A stretch of 64,000 nt of DNA, from the NCBI GenBank assembly GCA_002633005.1, contig NMRA01000090.1:381475-445474 (forward strand). Direction: 5' to 3'. The translations under genes were made by a program, and so were the position numbers. The DNA comes from Phoronis australis. Taxonomy: Eukaryota; Animalia; Phoronida. The notes beneath the pieces were generated by a model. It saw only the letters and a program-made list of their open reading frames with translations, did not search any database and had not been told where the DNA came from. This document shows, in pieces, positions 1-12,168 of this stretch (position 1 is its first letter; every line of letters begins with the position of its first letter).

Positions 1-613
1 ATAGCACAGAGTTATACTGCATGTATGTTCCAACATCTTGATTTTCAAATGGATTTGATTACCAAGGCACACCCTATTGGCTGTAGTTTTATTCTTCAAC
101 AAGAACGTCCTCGTCCATCAACTATACGTGAAATGACATAACTTAACACAAAAGTATATATAATGAGAATGTGTTGACACCAGCCCATTTCAAGACAGCT
201 CTTAGATGCGCCCCTGTTGGTCATTTTTTGAGTTTTTTCGACCAGATGTTTCTTGTAAATCAGTTATTGGCACAATTACTTGACAAATTTTGCGGTAACT
301 GGACTCAGAGGTATGTCATGGAAATAACAGCATCAGTCAATTTTTGATTGTTATAGCATCTCTTGTTGGCCATTGTAGTTTTCAACAAAAATTTCTTGCC
401 CTTCATTTTTTTGCAAAAGGACCATAAATTTTGTTGAAACTTGAAACAAAGGTTTGTGGCAATGCATCGGCACCAATTGATTTGTGAATGGATTAGACTA
501 CCGTGGCATAAGGGTTACTTAATTGTTGATGGCTTTGATATGCTGTATCAGTGATAAGCATGGGACAGTCTTAGAACCAGTGAACAGATGCAGTCTTTGT
601 GTTGTTTTTGTAG

Positions 614-3600
614 GTCAGTCTTGGAACCAGTGATACAGTGTTTGCCTGGTTAAAACAGTCGTCTCCTTCTATTGTTGGACATGTTCTGAGAAACCCTGTT
701 GACAACAATTCTTACATGGCTTTACTATGGTATGACCATTCGTGTACCATTTTCGCTGGAAGTTGAATGACTGGCAATGAATTTATTGAATGAATGAGCC
801 ATTGGGTGTCGGCGGGACAACTAGCTCTTACCATCATTATTTGAAAGGACATACCACAGCAGAGCCTGATGAAGTAAAGGTCAAAAGCGGCTGCGTTTTA
901 CAAAGTGAAGTGTCCTGCAACGCACAAAACATTTCAGTGGATTTATCAGTATAAGATCTGCATAGTATTACATAACTAGCACCATTGTATGATATTTGTA
1001 CACTGTCAATAGCGGATTTGCAGCGACGCCATATTGAAAGTAGGTTAAAATGGTGCATTGTGGGTGCTGTGGTCAGGATTCCGAAAGCGGCCATAGTAAC
1101 AAGCATAATACGCGGTATGAGCGCGAAGAAAACTTACGGCGGATACACTTGTGTTCCTGGTTGCTTCAAAAACAACAAGACAAATAAAAATCTGAGTTTT
1201 TATGTGTTCCCTGCAAACCAAGAACTTCGTGAAAAATGGATAAACAACATTAGGAGAGCTGGGAGTAAGGGGAGATTTAGCGCATTCAAACCAACGCAGG
1301 GTTATCTAGTAGGCAACACGTAGCCCCTCGGTTGGCCATATAGGGGCTACAATACTCCCATTCGCTTTCTGTACTCATTTCGTTACTTCAGTGTATTTTA
1401 AACGGGCCGTGACCGGATTTGGGTTACCGATTACGAGTTTTCACCTCGTCAAAAATACATTCTACACTTAAAACTATCATTTAAAAAACGCTTACTTTCA
1501 TCATTGGTCCTTTCTACTTCTATACATATCTTTGATGAAGCTTAGTTGTGAGAATTAAGTTGACTTTGGCGAAGAATTACAACTCCACTTTTTTGGTTGC
1601 CGTTAATTTTATCACCGCGTGAGCCGCGATAACCACAAAGCATGTCAACTGAATCGGGTGAGTTAAGCAAAGGTTAGTGCGAGACTGAGCGAAGCGCGTG
1701 ACGCTAGCGTGTGACGCTAGCGCGCGACACTTGTAAAATAGCATGAGAAGGTATCGGGTGAAACTTGTAAGATGTGTGTCCCTTGGACTTTTTATTCGTC
1801 AACATGCGTAATTTCACTAACTTCCTCAAAATGGCACCCGGTAACTGAGAGAAGCTCGAGCAAACCGCGACAGATTTTCATCGATTTGTTCAAGTTTTGC
1901 AGACTAAATTGTATCCAGAGTCGTGGTATATGTTAATTATAACTCCGTGTTCCTACATGTATGGTTCATTTGATTTTATTTGCTGTATTTTGAAATGAGT
2001 AACTTTTTGTGAGGATGTACTATCGCCCCTGAATGCCTGCGGCATCCAGTGCGATGTAATTGCCTCATCGTGTGTGCAGCGAACATTTTCCTGGTGGAAA
2101 AAAGACGTATGAGAACAACATTCCGACGGAGTTTCCTCTTAAAATTAACGTCTCTAGCATATCCACGGCGAAAGCTACAAAAGTTAAGCAATCCAAGAAC
2201 TCTCAACTTGTCTGAAACCGGAGGAGATTTCGAAATCAACGCCGATAACCCCAATACTGAACATCATGACGACAGTTGTGCCCTCGGTCACACGGTCACT
2301 GATCATTGCTACGCTGTGTTTACAAACGAGAGAGAGGACTTGCTTGGTATTATAAAGCAAAAAAATGAAACATGGTTTTTAGTTTGCAAATCACTCCAAA
2401 TGCACACTCTATCCAGCCTGCTCAAGACATGCCTGACCACAAGCTATCCCATGAGCCTTCGCGCAGGAAGTAACTCGCACATGCGCAATGCGTAGTTCGT
2501 TTGCGCTGCAAATCCGCTATTGACCAGTCATAAAACTTATTACTTCAGAGTACTTGTTTTCAGTTGTAAAAACACAACCTGTTAACTTTTAATTGGAGGT
2601 CACTTTTAGTTCTTGACTGGGTGAATTGCTGTTTTGGTGCTATGAGAAAATCTCACTAATTCAGGACACAAAGGTGAACATGCAAGTGAAATTATGTTTT
2701 TTTACCTTAAGTTTTTCTTTGAAAGCTTATTAAGTTTTGTCAGATAAAGGCTTCACTACTTCTAAGTTCTAAAGGATATAGATACTATCAATTAATGTCT
2801 TGAGAAATTGTTTATGACAATTTCGGATTAGTTTTTGAAAAATAAGAAACAGGAAATTTTTCTGAAATTGTCTGAAATTGGTGAGATTTTACCTTACATG
2901 TTTTGTTTCAGTAAAAAAAATGGTTCTTTTACAAGAGAAAAAATTCGTGACAAGTGTTGCAAAGGATCCTGGAATATCTTTACTGAGCTACTACAGAGAA
3001 CACCTAGTGGAAACTATGGCAATATGGGTAAGTTGTACTCATGTCTTAACTTTGTACTCTGTTATTAACACACTTTGTATTTGAAACACTTAAGTGTTTG
3101 AAAAAGTTCATTTAAATGTTGTTTTAATTTGTAATTCTCCAAAGTACAAAAAATTATTTGAAGGCAAATTTTATTCCTCCCAGAATTCCCCCGAGTACTA
3201 CCATGAGATACGGACATGCGCAAAGCGGCTGGGGGAATTCTGGGGATACATAAAATTACAGTCATCCTTCACTTAAGGTAAGTTCGTCTAACTGTATAAT
3301 TAAGGCTCATACTTGTAACCGAGGACATTTGATATATCGAACCAGTCGTGTAATGTCAAAAGTATTTATTGGAAAGAACAAGTGATTGAGTGTCATATTC
3401 AATGGATACCTGATGTTTAATAGAATTCGAAGCAGTTCAGTCTATTTGTTTTTGACTATCGAACTCTACACAGTTTGAAATAATTTTGCTGGATTAACTG
3501 GCATTCTATCTTCACTTTCCTCACTTTGGAGTTTAGAATGTGCATTGAATACCTGCTTGTGAACCTGGCAGTCGTGCTTCACTCCGGTGGTCATCGGTTC

Positions 3601-6600
3601 TGAGAGAAGCATTTCTTAGTAGAACTGTGTTGTACTCCGTCACACAAGACATGGAAGACACGTGGGACAAAGATTCAGAAATTTATGGAAGACAAAACTT
3701 TGCTCAGTGTTTCTGGTCATCACAAGCACTTGCCAGTCTGGACAATTGTCCACATTTTTAAATTTTGGAAGTGCAGTGGCGAAGTGAGTTTTTCGCGGGA
3801 TGATTTTTGTCTCAAGATTCTATTTTTTCCAGGTTTCTACTTTGATGAGCTTCACCCTTGCCCACATTTTAAGCTTTGAAAGTGCAGTAGCGAAGTGATG
3901 AGTTTTTTCGTCTCCATGTGTCAAGATGTTGTTCTTTCAGGTTTCTACTTTGATGAGCTTGAGATTGTCCCTGCCCATGTTTGCGGTGTTTACAGATTTG
4001 ATTGTGACAATAGGAAGGTGTCATCCTTCCCTGCGGAAATTGAAGTTAGAGCTGTGATTGAGGGACAGTTTTTAACAATGAGAGCCTACGCTGAAAAACT
4101 TGGATACAAAATAGGTAAGAAGTTGCACGATTCTTGACTTCCTTCTGTAAACAAAGGTGATAAGTGTTTGTTCACACTTAGTTTTAGCCAGCTTGCTGTA
4201 GGTTCATTAAAATTAAAGACTAAAACATACAACGTCACTGCAGCTTTTAGTAAATCTTTTGTGGTTGATAATTGGCCAAAGAGTCATAATGATGGCAAAG
4301 GTGCACTGAAAAGCATTTCTGGGCTGTAGATTCATATTTTGACTAGCCTTGATTTTAAAATCCCTGTCGTCTGGAGTTGGAACCAAATGGGAAGTTTTTT
4401 TATGATAGGTTCCATGAGGAATCTTCTGAAATCACAATGATAAGATCACAGCATAATTTATTCTGTCCTGAAAGATCTTCAAAGTATTTAAGAAAATTTG
4501 GAACGCAGTAAATTCAAAGAAAGTTCTAGGGTCTTGGACTTCCCCATTTTACATAGCAATGTTGAACATATATTCACTAAAGCAGTGAATTGTGCTGTCA
4601 GCTGAATGATAGGCGATCGGTTGTTGAACAATTTTCACTAAAACAGTTAATTGTACTGTGATGTTGATGATAAGTCCAGGTACTCGATAGTTGAACATAT
4701 CAATTGAAACAGTTAATTGTACTTTGAAGCTAGACGGTCTGTATATTTGAACTTGTACTCTAAAGCAGTGAGTTGTACGATCAAATGAGTGATAAATCTC
4801 CAAAGATGTTCATCAGCTTGGTAAATATCTAATAGTTGAACATATCCACTTAAGCCACTGTGAGGTGAGTGGCAGACAGTTGATAGTTGAACATAATACT
4901 CTAAAGTAGTGCGTGAGTTGAACTGTCAAATGAGTGTAACCGGTCGAGATTAGGCACCGTGATCGGTTTGTGCACCACATAATTTGCCAGTTTAAATCAA
5001 AGACACCATGCTGTTGTGGTAAACTAAATCGCCTCAGGTGCCGCACAATTGATTTCCGGGTGGATCTGTCCATTGCAGAACCTCCAGTGGCCATTTTGCT
5101 CTCGAGACAAAAGGGCTTATCTAATGCTGTTTGGGAGGAAGAGCATTTCTGGATGATATGTAGAAATATTGATTAACCAATTTCAATGAAACTTGACACG
5201 GATGTACATGTATATGATGACATAAATGCACTGACACTGTTTGATTTTCTGGGTGATTTGACTGCAGCTGCTCCTCCCGGTGGCGCCTGAAATCATAGTG
5301 TTTGTGATACACCGTGGGCACTTGTCAAAATAACGCCCCTGAGTTGCTCTTGTTTTGAATAATGAGTTAAACGGCAATGTTTACTTCAGATAGATCAGAA
5401 TTGCATGGTAGAAAAATTGATTTGTGTGGCTTGCTGTCTTCCCAAAATATTTCATTATACGCCTGACTGTCATGCAGTAATCATTAAAGTGCATGTTGCT
5501 GTGGCTACTACTGCTGTATTAAATGTTCCACTGTTATGTGGCAGGTCCAGGTTCAAGAGTGTTGGCAACAGGTGGCGCCTCATCAAACAAGGCCATTTTG
5601 CAAGTATGTTTTAACATACTTAAAAGTTGTGTGCTTTCATTTGTTGGTCAAACTGACAATAGTACCAGTATATGATTATTATGCAGATGGAATGCAGATG
5701 AACTCAGTTTAAACTAAATCATTTCCTTAACCAGTATCTGGATGTGTGGGACTTCAATGTGTCTTATAGCATAAGATCAGTCTATTATGGCTGTTGATAG
5801 CCCGTTTCATGTTTGGTGAAGCTTTTAACTCCCACACAGCTTACTACCCACACAGCATACTACCCACTCAGCATACTACCCACTCAGCATACTACCCACT
5901 CAGCATACTACCCACTCAGCATACTACCCACTCAGCATACTACCCACACAGCATACTACCCACACACCATACTACCCACTCAAATGTTGGTGTTACAACT
6001 TGTTGAACAATTTCTTTTTGAAATTATGGCTCAGTTATAACTTTCTCTCTCATTATTGAATGTGGATCAATGCAAGATGTTTTAGTCCAGTAATTTTGTT
6101 ATTTATAGATTCTGTCTGATGTTTTCAATGCTCCTGTCTGTGTACAAGATGTCGTCAATGCTACATGCCTTGGGTGTTGCTACCGATCAAAGCATGGCTG
6201 GCTAGGAAATGTTACCTTTAGTGAAGTAGTCAAAAGTGCTCCTCAACCAACATGTGTTGCCACTCCAAATCCAGAATCAATTCAGGTATTCAGACACTCA
6301 CTTGTAACTTACAAATTTAAACATTCTATATCCGACTTGAGTGCTGACCAAGGTGTCCACAGTGTTGTACAAAATAATCATGAAGTTACATTAAGTGTAT
6401 GTTGTGTGTAACCCTAAGGAAAGCATCAAATTTGGTTTTAATCATTTCTTCAGTATAATCATACATCTATCTCAGATATGGCTGTATGGTGTGATTCAAA
6501 TGAGGTTTCTTGTCTCATTTTACCCTGTGGATGGGTGGAGGCAGGTTGTTACCAACTAGTACTAATAGCTTTTGGTGCAATGGTAGACTTAAGACTGGTT

Positions 6601-7412
6601 TATGTTAATGACTTTAACTCAACCGAAAGTTCACAAGTCTACTCAAACAAAGTGTCTGACATAATGTCAGTTCTGTGCTCCAGCCAGTGCTGCAAAGCTT
6701 TGACTTGTGATGAACTTCTGAGACACTTTCAGAAACTGGTACACTCATTCAATAACCTGCTACCTCTATAGCTGGCTCTCTTTTGACATGTTGTCTGCAG
6801 CTCATCTATAACTTCAACTGATTTTAACTGAACGTCAACTCCAACTAACTCATCTTGCTCGTGCTTGGGTATTTATAGTCTCTTGCAATGTTCTGGAATT
6901 TTTCACCAATTCAAGCACAATCCAGAACTTTCTGGTGTATATCCAGTCATATACTAGGCTTTAGAATGTTCCACACTACATCAATCACTAACATGCTAGA
7001 ATCTTCTAGAATGTTCCCTACTATTCTACTGCAAACAAATTACACCATGTCAATCAAGTGCTATCCACTAGTACACAAACAGGGCAAAAACCAAGAACAG
7101 TGTCAGTCTAATTCTGACACTTATAAAATACTGATGCATGCACTCCTCAAAGCTATGCCAGGAATTGTTATTGAAAATTTTCACTTGTACACCTGGTGCT
7201 ATTGCTAATTAGTTTATGTATGAGTTTTATGGTTCCACAAAACTTTTTGTGTCTCATATGCATGCAGTCAGTGCAATGTCTATTGTCTGTGCACTGCTCT
7301 CTCATTTTGAATGTAAAATTTGGTTGTTTGAGTAAGTGTAATTATTTTGATATTTCAGATTTACAGTGACATGGTGAAGCGATACTGGCATTTGGAAAAG
7401 CAGTTCTGTTGA
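614..7412 (+). CDS. XYLB: Xylulose kinase (xylulokinase, FGGY family), 3' six coding exons; 5' part lies upstream of the window
   Basis: Phase-compatible GT-AG exons 614-729 (VSLGTSDTVFAW...GHVLRNPVDNNSYMALLC), 2912-3027 (KNGSFTREKIRD...GNYGNMG), 3941-4114 (FYFDELEI...EVRAVIEGQFL...LGYKI), 5545-5603 (RVLATGGASSNKAILQ), 6109-6285 (ILSDVFNAPV...FSEVVKSAP), 7359-7412 (IYSDMVKRYWHLEKQFC*). Motifs SLGTSD, KNGS, ATGGASxN and DVFxAPV match animal xylulokinase as I recall it. Confidence 0.93.
1117..2400 (+). pseudogene. Interrupted THAP-domain (C2CH) coding remnant of a transposase N-terminus
   Basis: 1117-1302 gives CVPGC...FYVFP...REKWINNI...FKPTQG; reading resumes in frame at 2066 with HRVCSEHF...NIPTEFP; a frameshifted continuation carries DHCY (D/E-H-x-Y motif) and a short helical segment. 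Confidence 0.8.
1303..2065. mobile_element. 763-bp insertion splitting the THAP remnant; hairpins near both ends (Helitron/Helentron-like, non-autonomous)
   Basis: Removing it restores KPTQG-HRVCSEHF; 5' hairpin TAGCCCCT..AGGGGCTA (1321-1349), 3' hairpin around ATGCC-TGC-GGCAT (2021-2055); no TSD. Confidence 0.6.
4555..4950. repeat. Degenerate ~70-bp tandem repeat
   Basis: Recurring GTTGAACATAT...AAAGCAGTGA(A/G)TTGTAC units. Confidence 0.6.
5831..5981. repeat. 16-bp minisatellite (CAGCATACTACCCACT/A), ~9 copies
   Basis: Directly visible tandem array; explains the periodic spurious ORFs 5794..6006 and 5813..6040. Confidence 0.95.
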
Positions 7413-8040
7413 TGTGCTACACATTAATAATGTGGCAACACAGACAGTATTACTGACTGAACTGGGCCATCCAAGCGGGAGAGGTCAGACAGTGCCCATC
7501 CTATAGGGACACCATAAGCCAGAAGCTTTCAGCAAATTATGCCTCACCATGGCTAAATCATCGAAATCACATACCTCTTCAGCATAGGACACCTTTGTGG
7601 GCCATAGATGTTTTTAAACCCTTCCAACTCAAACAAACACGTCTGCAATTAAGATTTATCTCCAATACTTCCCTTCATTCATAAGCCGTGCCATTTTGTT
7701 GTTACCCTGGTGGCCAAATTTTGAGCACTAGCATTAGTGATTCACGCACTCCAGATGTCATGGAGGTTAACCTTGATGTCATTAAAATTTACAGGCTATC
7801 ATGAAAAGAATCCTGCGTTGACACCCTAACTGGTTCATATTTGGCAACTCGACCGGTTTGCGCACCACAGAATCTGCCAGTTCAGATCAAAGACACCATG
7901 CTGTTGTGGTTAATTAAATCGCCTAAGGCTGCTGATGTTATCGCTCTCTAGACAATGAGAGCATCATAAACACATGGGGATGTCAATAGTATTTTAAAAT
8001 TTTAGTTTTTAAAGTTTTTAATAGCATATTTGAATAGTTT

Positions 8041-8369
8041 TTTATGTATTTATTATCATTTACAAACAATTACAAAAACAAACAAACAAATAAGTACACC
8101 ATTCATTCACGCATGCACACCTCAGGAAGACCATTCTCATATCTCGTTTAAAGTAAATATCTTCTACATGAAGTTAACATGAACAATAAATTTTTCCCAT
8201 TTTGCAGAGAAGCTGTCATGTACAAAGTTTTTATGTGCATTTAATTTTTCAGCATTATAGTATTCATAACTTTTGGTAACGAACTTGAGAAAATTGGGTA
8301 TATTTTTGTTACATCTCTCTTTGTAAATGTACTGTTTAGCTAGTAGAAGCAAAATGTTAAATAGAAAAT
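8041..8369 (-). mobile_element. 5'-truncated L1/Tx1-type LINE (ORF2 C-terminus, 3' UTR and short A tail)
   Basis: Translation LLLAKQYIYKERC...AEK..A...F..KW resembles L1/Tx1 ORF2 ends; flanked by a 16-bp direct repeat CATATTTGAATAGTTT (8025-8040, 8370-8385). Confidence 0.8.
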
Positions 8370-8929
8370 CATATTTGAATAGTTTGTGAAAAGCACTCGT
8401 GATTAGGTTTTTGAGTTTTGAAAATTGGTCAAGAAATGCCTTTTACAACCCAAAACGATTGCTTAATGTTGCAGTAATATGTTCCTCATTAATTCTGCTG
8501 GGTGTACAACATAACTGGGCCAATTACCAAACCAGCAGGTAGCAGTTGAATTTTGAGGTAAGCCAAGTGTCATCCTATGGTCCTGGCATATAATAGTTTC
8601 TCCGGGCAATCGCTACAAAAATGGCTCAGTTCAGGATTTCGCTGACAGAATGAAGGACCATTCGAAAAAAAAAATATTGCGAGAGTATTTGTCTGAGTCG
8701 TAAGAATTTAAAGACTAACTGCACCCAAAGGTGTCCATCAGTACACTCGACTACATTTAGTAACGCAATGTTTATAGTTTACCCAGGCATAAGTGTAATT
8801 TGTAGAATATTTTTGTTCGTACTGGCTGTGCCGTCGCCTAGGTTCAACAGTGAGCTTATTTCTGAAGATGTAATTATTGCAGAGTGACGTGACTGTGATT
8901 ACTACTGGATAAATATACACCATGTGTTG

Positions 8930-9400
8930 CCAGGTGTCATCACGTTAAGGATCCACTACCCTGCCGTCAATAAGAGTCATCAGCTAGGGTACCCACCACT
9001 CTTTGTCACCAAGTACCGTCACCTTGGGTCCTGACCACCATGTGTCACCGAGGGTCATCATCCAAGGTCCTGACCACTCTGACTCACCACCAAGGGTCAC
9101 CCATTGTTGCTGAGAGTCGTCACCAAGTGTCCTTACCAACCTGTGTCACTTCATGTCGTCACCAAGTGTCCTCACCACTCTGGCTGGGAGTTATCTCCAA
9201 GTGTCCCCACCACCTTGTGCCTACCTAAAGTCACCTATAGTATTTCCGTCACATATAGTATTTCCGTCACCCTGTGTCATTGAGTGCATCACCTAGGGTC
9301 CCCACCTCACCCCTTGTGTCACTGAGTGTAAACAACAAGTATCCCCTCCACTTTGAGGCTCGAGTGTCATCCCCAACACCCTTTGTTATTGAGTGTCATC
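8930..9400. repeat. Degenerate short-period tandem repeat (GTCACCAAG..TCC..ACCAC units)
   Basis: Repeated TGTCACC/GTCATC-AAG(T/G)GTCC motifs. Confidence 0.55.
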
Positions 9401-9864
9401 AGCTGTAGTCTCCTAACATTCTATTTGACGAGGTGTAGGCGTCTGATTCTGTAACATCATGTCTAGCCCTTTCTTTATGGCCACTTGGCAGTTCGTACAA
9501 TCTTCCATGTGCAGGAGACCGAGTATCATGGGTTTGCAACAGCTCTGACAACATCTGAAAACAAAGGATCCATGATGCACACATGCAATACTGGTGTTAA
9601 ATGGTGCCATACGTTCCTCATAATTTTCTTGGATCACTTTTGCAGTTCCATATGTTATCTGTGCTACAGCATGGATTTCAGCAAACAAAGGTGGATGTGT
9701 CCAATTTGGACATAACTGAGATAATTTCTGTATTTCTATGATTGAGGAACTCAAATAAAATATTTTAATGCATTATACATGTTATTGCTTTTGCATTGCT
9801 ACGTCTTCAGTTGTCATGGCCAATACCCACCAGTACAACCCCATGCAGTGATAGAACACTTAAC

Positions 9865-10365
9865 GGCGTTTTCCCGTTTAGTGACTTTACCAGACCGGTT
9901 GTGAGCGTGTGATAACATCTAGCTTTTTGTTAGCTGCCAAGCACAGTCTTTTATTTGGTATGACAACAGGCAGGCCAATTATCTACCAGGATTATTACAG
10001 GCCACGTGTGAACACAAACCCAGAGCGAATTGGTACGTTCGGAAAGAATAGATTGTCGTAACTGCGGTTGTTGTTGGGCGATTTAGGCGATTCAAAAACT
10101 AAACATGATCACCATTTGACGAGGATTTCAGAAATACTGTTGGTTCAAATATGTAATAATTTGACTTTTATTTTTAACAGCACAGCCCAGTCAGGCTACA
10201 TACGATCTTATTGGAGATTAGAGCAATTATCGATCAAAAGAGAGCTGGTCCTCCAACCATCAATGCCAAAATGGAGTTAATCAGTCGTGTAAGATATTGG
10301 CTACAGGGGACATCTACCCAACTGGGCTATAGAAACGAACAAGTTGGGAGCAACGGGAAAACGCC
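9865..10365. mobile_element. MITE with 14-bp TIRs
   Basis: GGCGTTTTCCCGTT (9865) and AACGGGAAAACGCC (ends 10365); no clean TSD. Confidence 0.55.
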
Positions 10366-10959
10366 TTCATGATATTTTTAATTTAGCTGCAATATCTTTC
10401 TGTTGATTTTAATCATTCTGTAGTGCCATTATATTGTATGGTGCACTAGACGTTCATCTACCTGTTGAGGAATATGAACATTGATTAGCAGATAAATCGG
10501 GATTCAACAAGCTTTCTATCTGTTCGTCTGTTTTAAGATTTGCCTCTCCCCCACGTCACAAATTTCAGTTCTTGTTATCGAAGGTAGCATATTAATCCGT
10601 GCCTGTCAAAAAACAGTCTTTGTTAAATGCACGTGCCGTTATGAGTAGTCGTCCAGTATCGCTGGACGGCGGGCAGTGGGTAGACAACGGTACTGGACGT
10701 CTAGCACACGCAACGATCGGGACCAGCCGTTCGGTACCGGTCTTAATGGTAACTTCCGTTGCTAGCCGTCCGGCACCGCAGAAACGAGGGCAGGAATCAT
10801 CTTCAGACCGGACGTCCACCACACGCTACGTACAGTAACTACGGCGTCCGAGATCAGTTTATAGTCTTAAGGCAGTCCGGTAGAGTAGGCCTACAGCGTT
10901 GTATTGACTGGGAAGAAACCTATCTAATACAACTTAACGTCACTAGTCAAATTAAAGAT

Positions 10960-11795
10960 AAAATGTAAAGAAAACGCTCACATATTTCATCCAAAATTTA
11001 GTAAGTACATTTATATTATGTAAACAACGGACAACGGCGACTTTTGGACAGATCTGACTATACCGGTGTGCCCCAGAGTGGCAATTTTATTTTTTTTTAC
11101 GTTTACCTTTGTATCTTCAAAAGTCTTTAACGGATTTTCATGAAATTTAATATGTAGGCACCTATTAGTGAGATGACGCTATCCTCCCGTTTTCAGATGG
11201 GTTCGACAAAGTTTACGCCACCTGGTGGCCATTTTTAGTGTTTTCGAGTCTGATTTTGTGCATCCACCCCTCTATCAACCAAACCGCTCAAAGGATGATT
11301 GTGAAAATTGGCATGTATATGCTTACTATGTAGAGGACGGTTGACGATGATTTTCCGACGATTTCGACTACTGTGGTGCCTCCTAGTGGCAGTTTCTTTT
11401 TGCGCTTATGGCTGTATCTCCTAAACCGTTTCGCAGGATCTTTACGAAATTTAATAAGTGTATTTATATGATGTTAACAATAGACGATGACGACTTTTGG
11501 ACGGATCCGCCTACCAGTGTGCCCCCTAGTGGCAATTTTATTTTTTACGTTTACCTCTGTATCTTCACAAATCCTTAACGGATTTTCATGAAATTTGGTA
11601 TGTAGGCACCTATTAGTGCGATGACGCTATACTCCCGTTTTCGGATGGATTCGATCTAGTTTGCGACACCCAGTGGCCACTTTTACTGTTTTTGGGTCTG
11701 TTTTTTTGGCGTCCACCCCTCTATCAACCAAACTGCTCTAAGTATGATTGTGATAATTGGCATGTATGTTCTTACTGTGAAGAGGACGGTTGACG
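10960..11795 (+). mobile_element. Helentron/HINE-like internal tandem array
   Basis: Units with ATGAAATTT(G/A), CC(C/T)CTAGTGGC, CCACCTGGTGGCC and CCCCTCTATCAACCAAA, shared with 20530-21195, 43486-44594 and 52372-54045. Confidence 0.65.
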
Positions 11796-12168
11796 AGATA
11801 AATTGCCAAAAAATTATTTCGAGTTCGTTTCGAGTACAAAAGATTAGATCAGTTCCGGGCCCTGGAGGACCCATGGTTGTTTGTAAATTAGTCCTCAATT
11901 TGCAATTTAAAAAGATTATGCATGTTTAAAGATAGTTTAAAGTTGGTTGAAATTGTTATTAAAACTAAGAAAATTGCCCAAGAACTGTTGGTCGACAAAA
12001 CAACGAACAAGTAGTAGTTGAAAGTTTTGTAATCGTTTCATGGGAACTGTCATACAAAAGGTTAGCAAACTTTGAGACTTTTTCGGCATTGATGACGCCT
12101 TTGATTTGGGACGTCGTGCTATTGTTGACGTACATTGTACGTAATCATTAGGCCTAATCACTTGTATA

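Larger units (their letters stand above)
1007..2522 (+). mobile_element. Non-autonomous THAP-encoding DNA transposon (P-element-like) in an XYLB intron
   Basis: Perfect 19-bp terminal inverted repeats CAATAGCGGATTTGCAGCG (1007) / CGCTGCAAATCCGCTATTG (ends 2522); internal THAP zinc-finger remnant; no clean TSD seen, so superfamily is tentative. Confidence 0.75.

Noticed and set aside
848-950. Exon-like open stretch after AAG
   Set aside because: XYLB exons 614-729 and 2912-3027 join without it, and it has no good donor.
5794-6040. Periodic HTTHSAYYP ORFs
   Set aside because: Translation of a 16-bp minisatellite in an XYLB intron.
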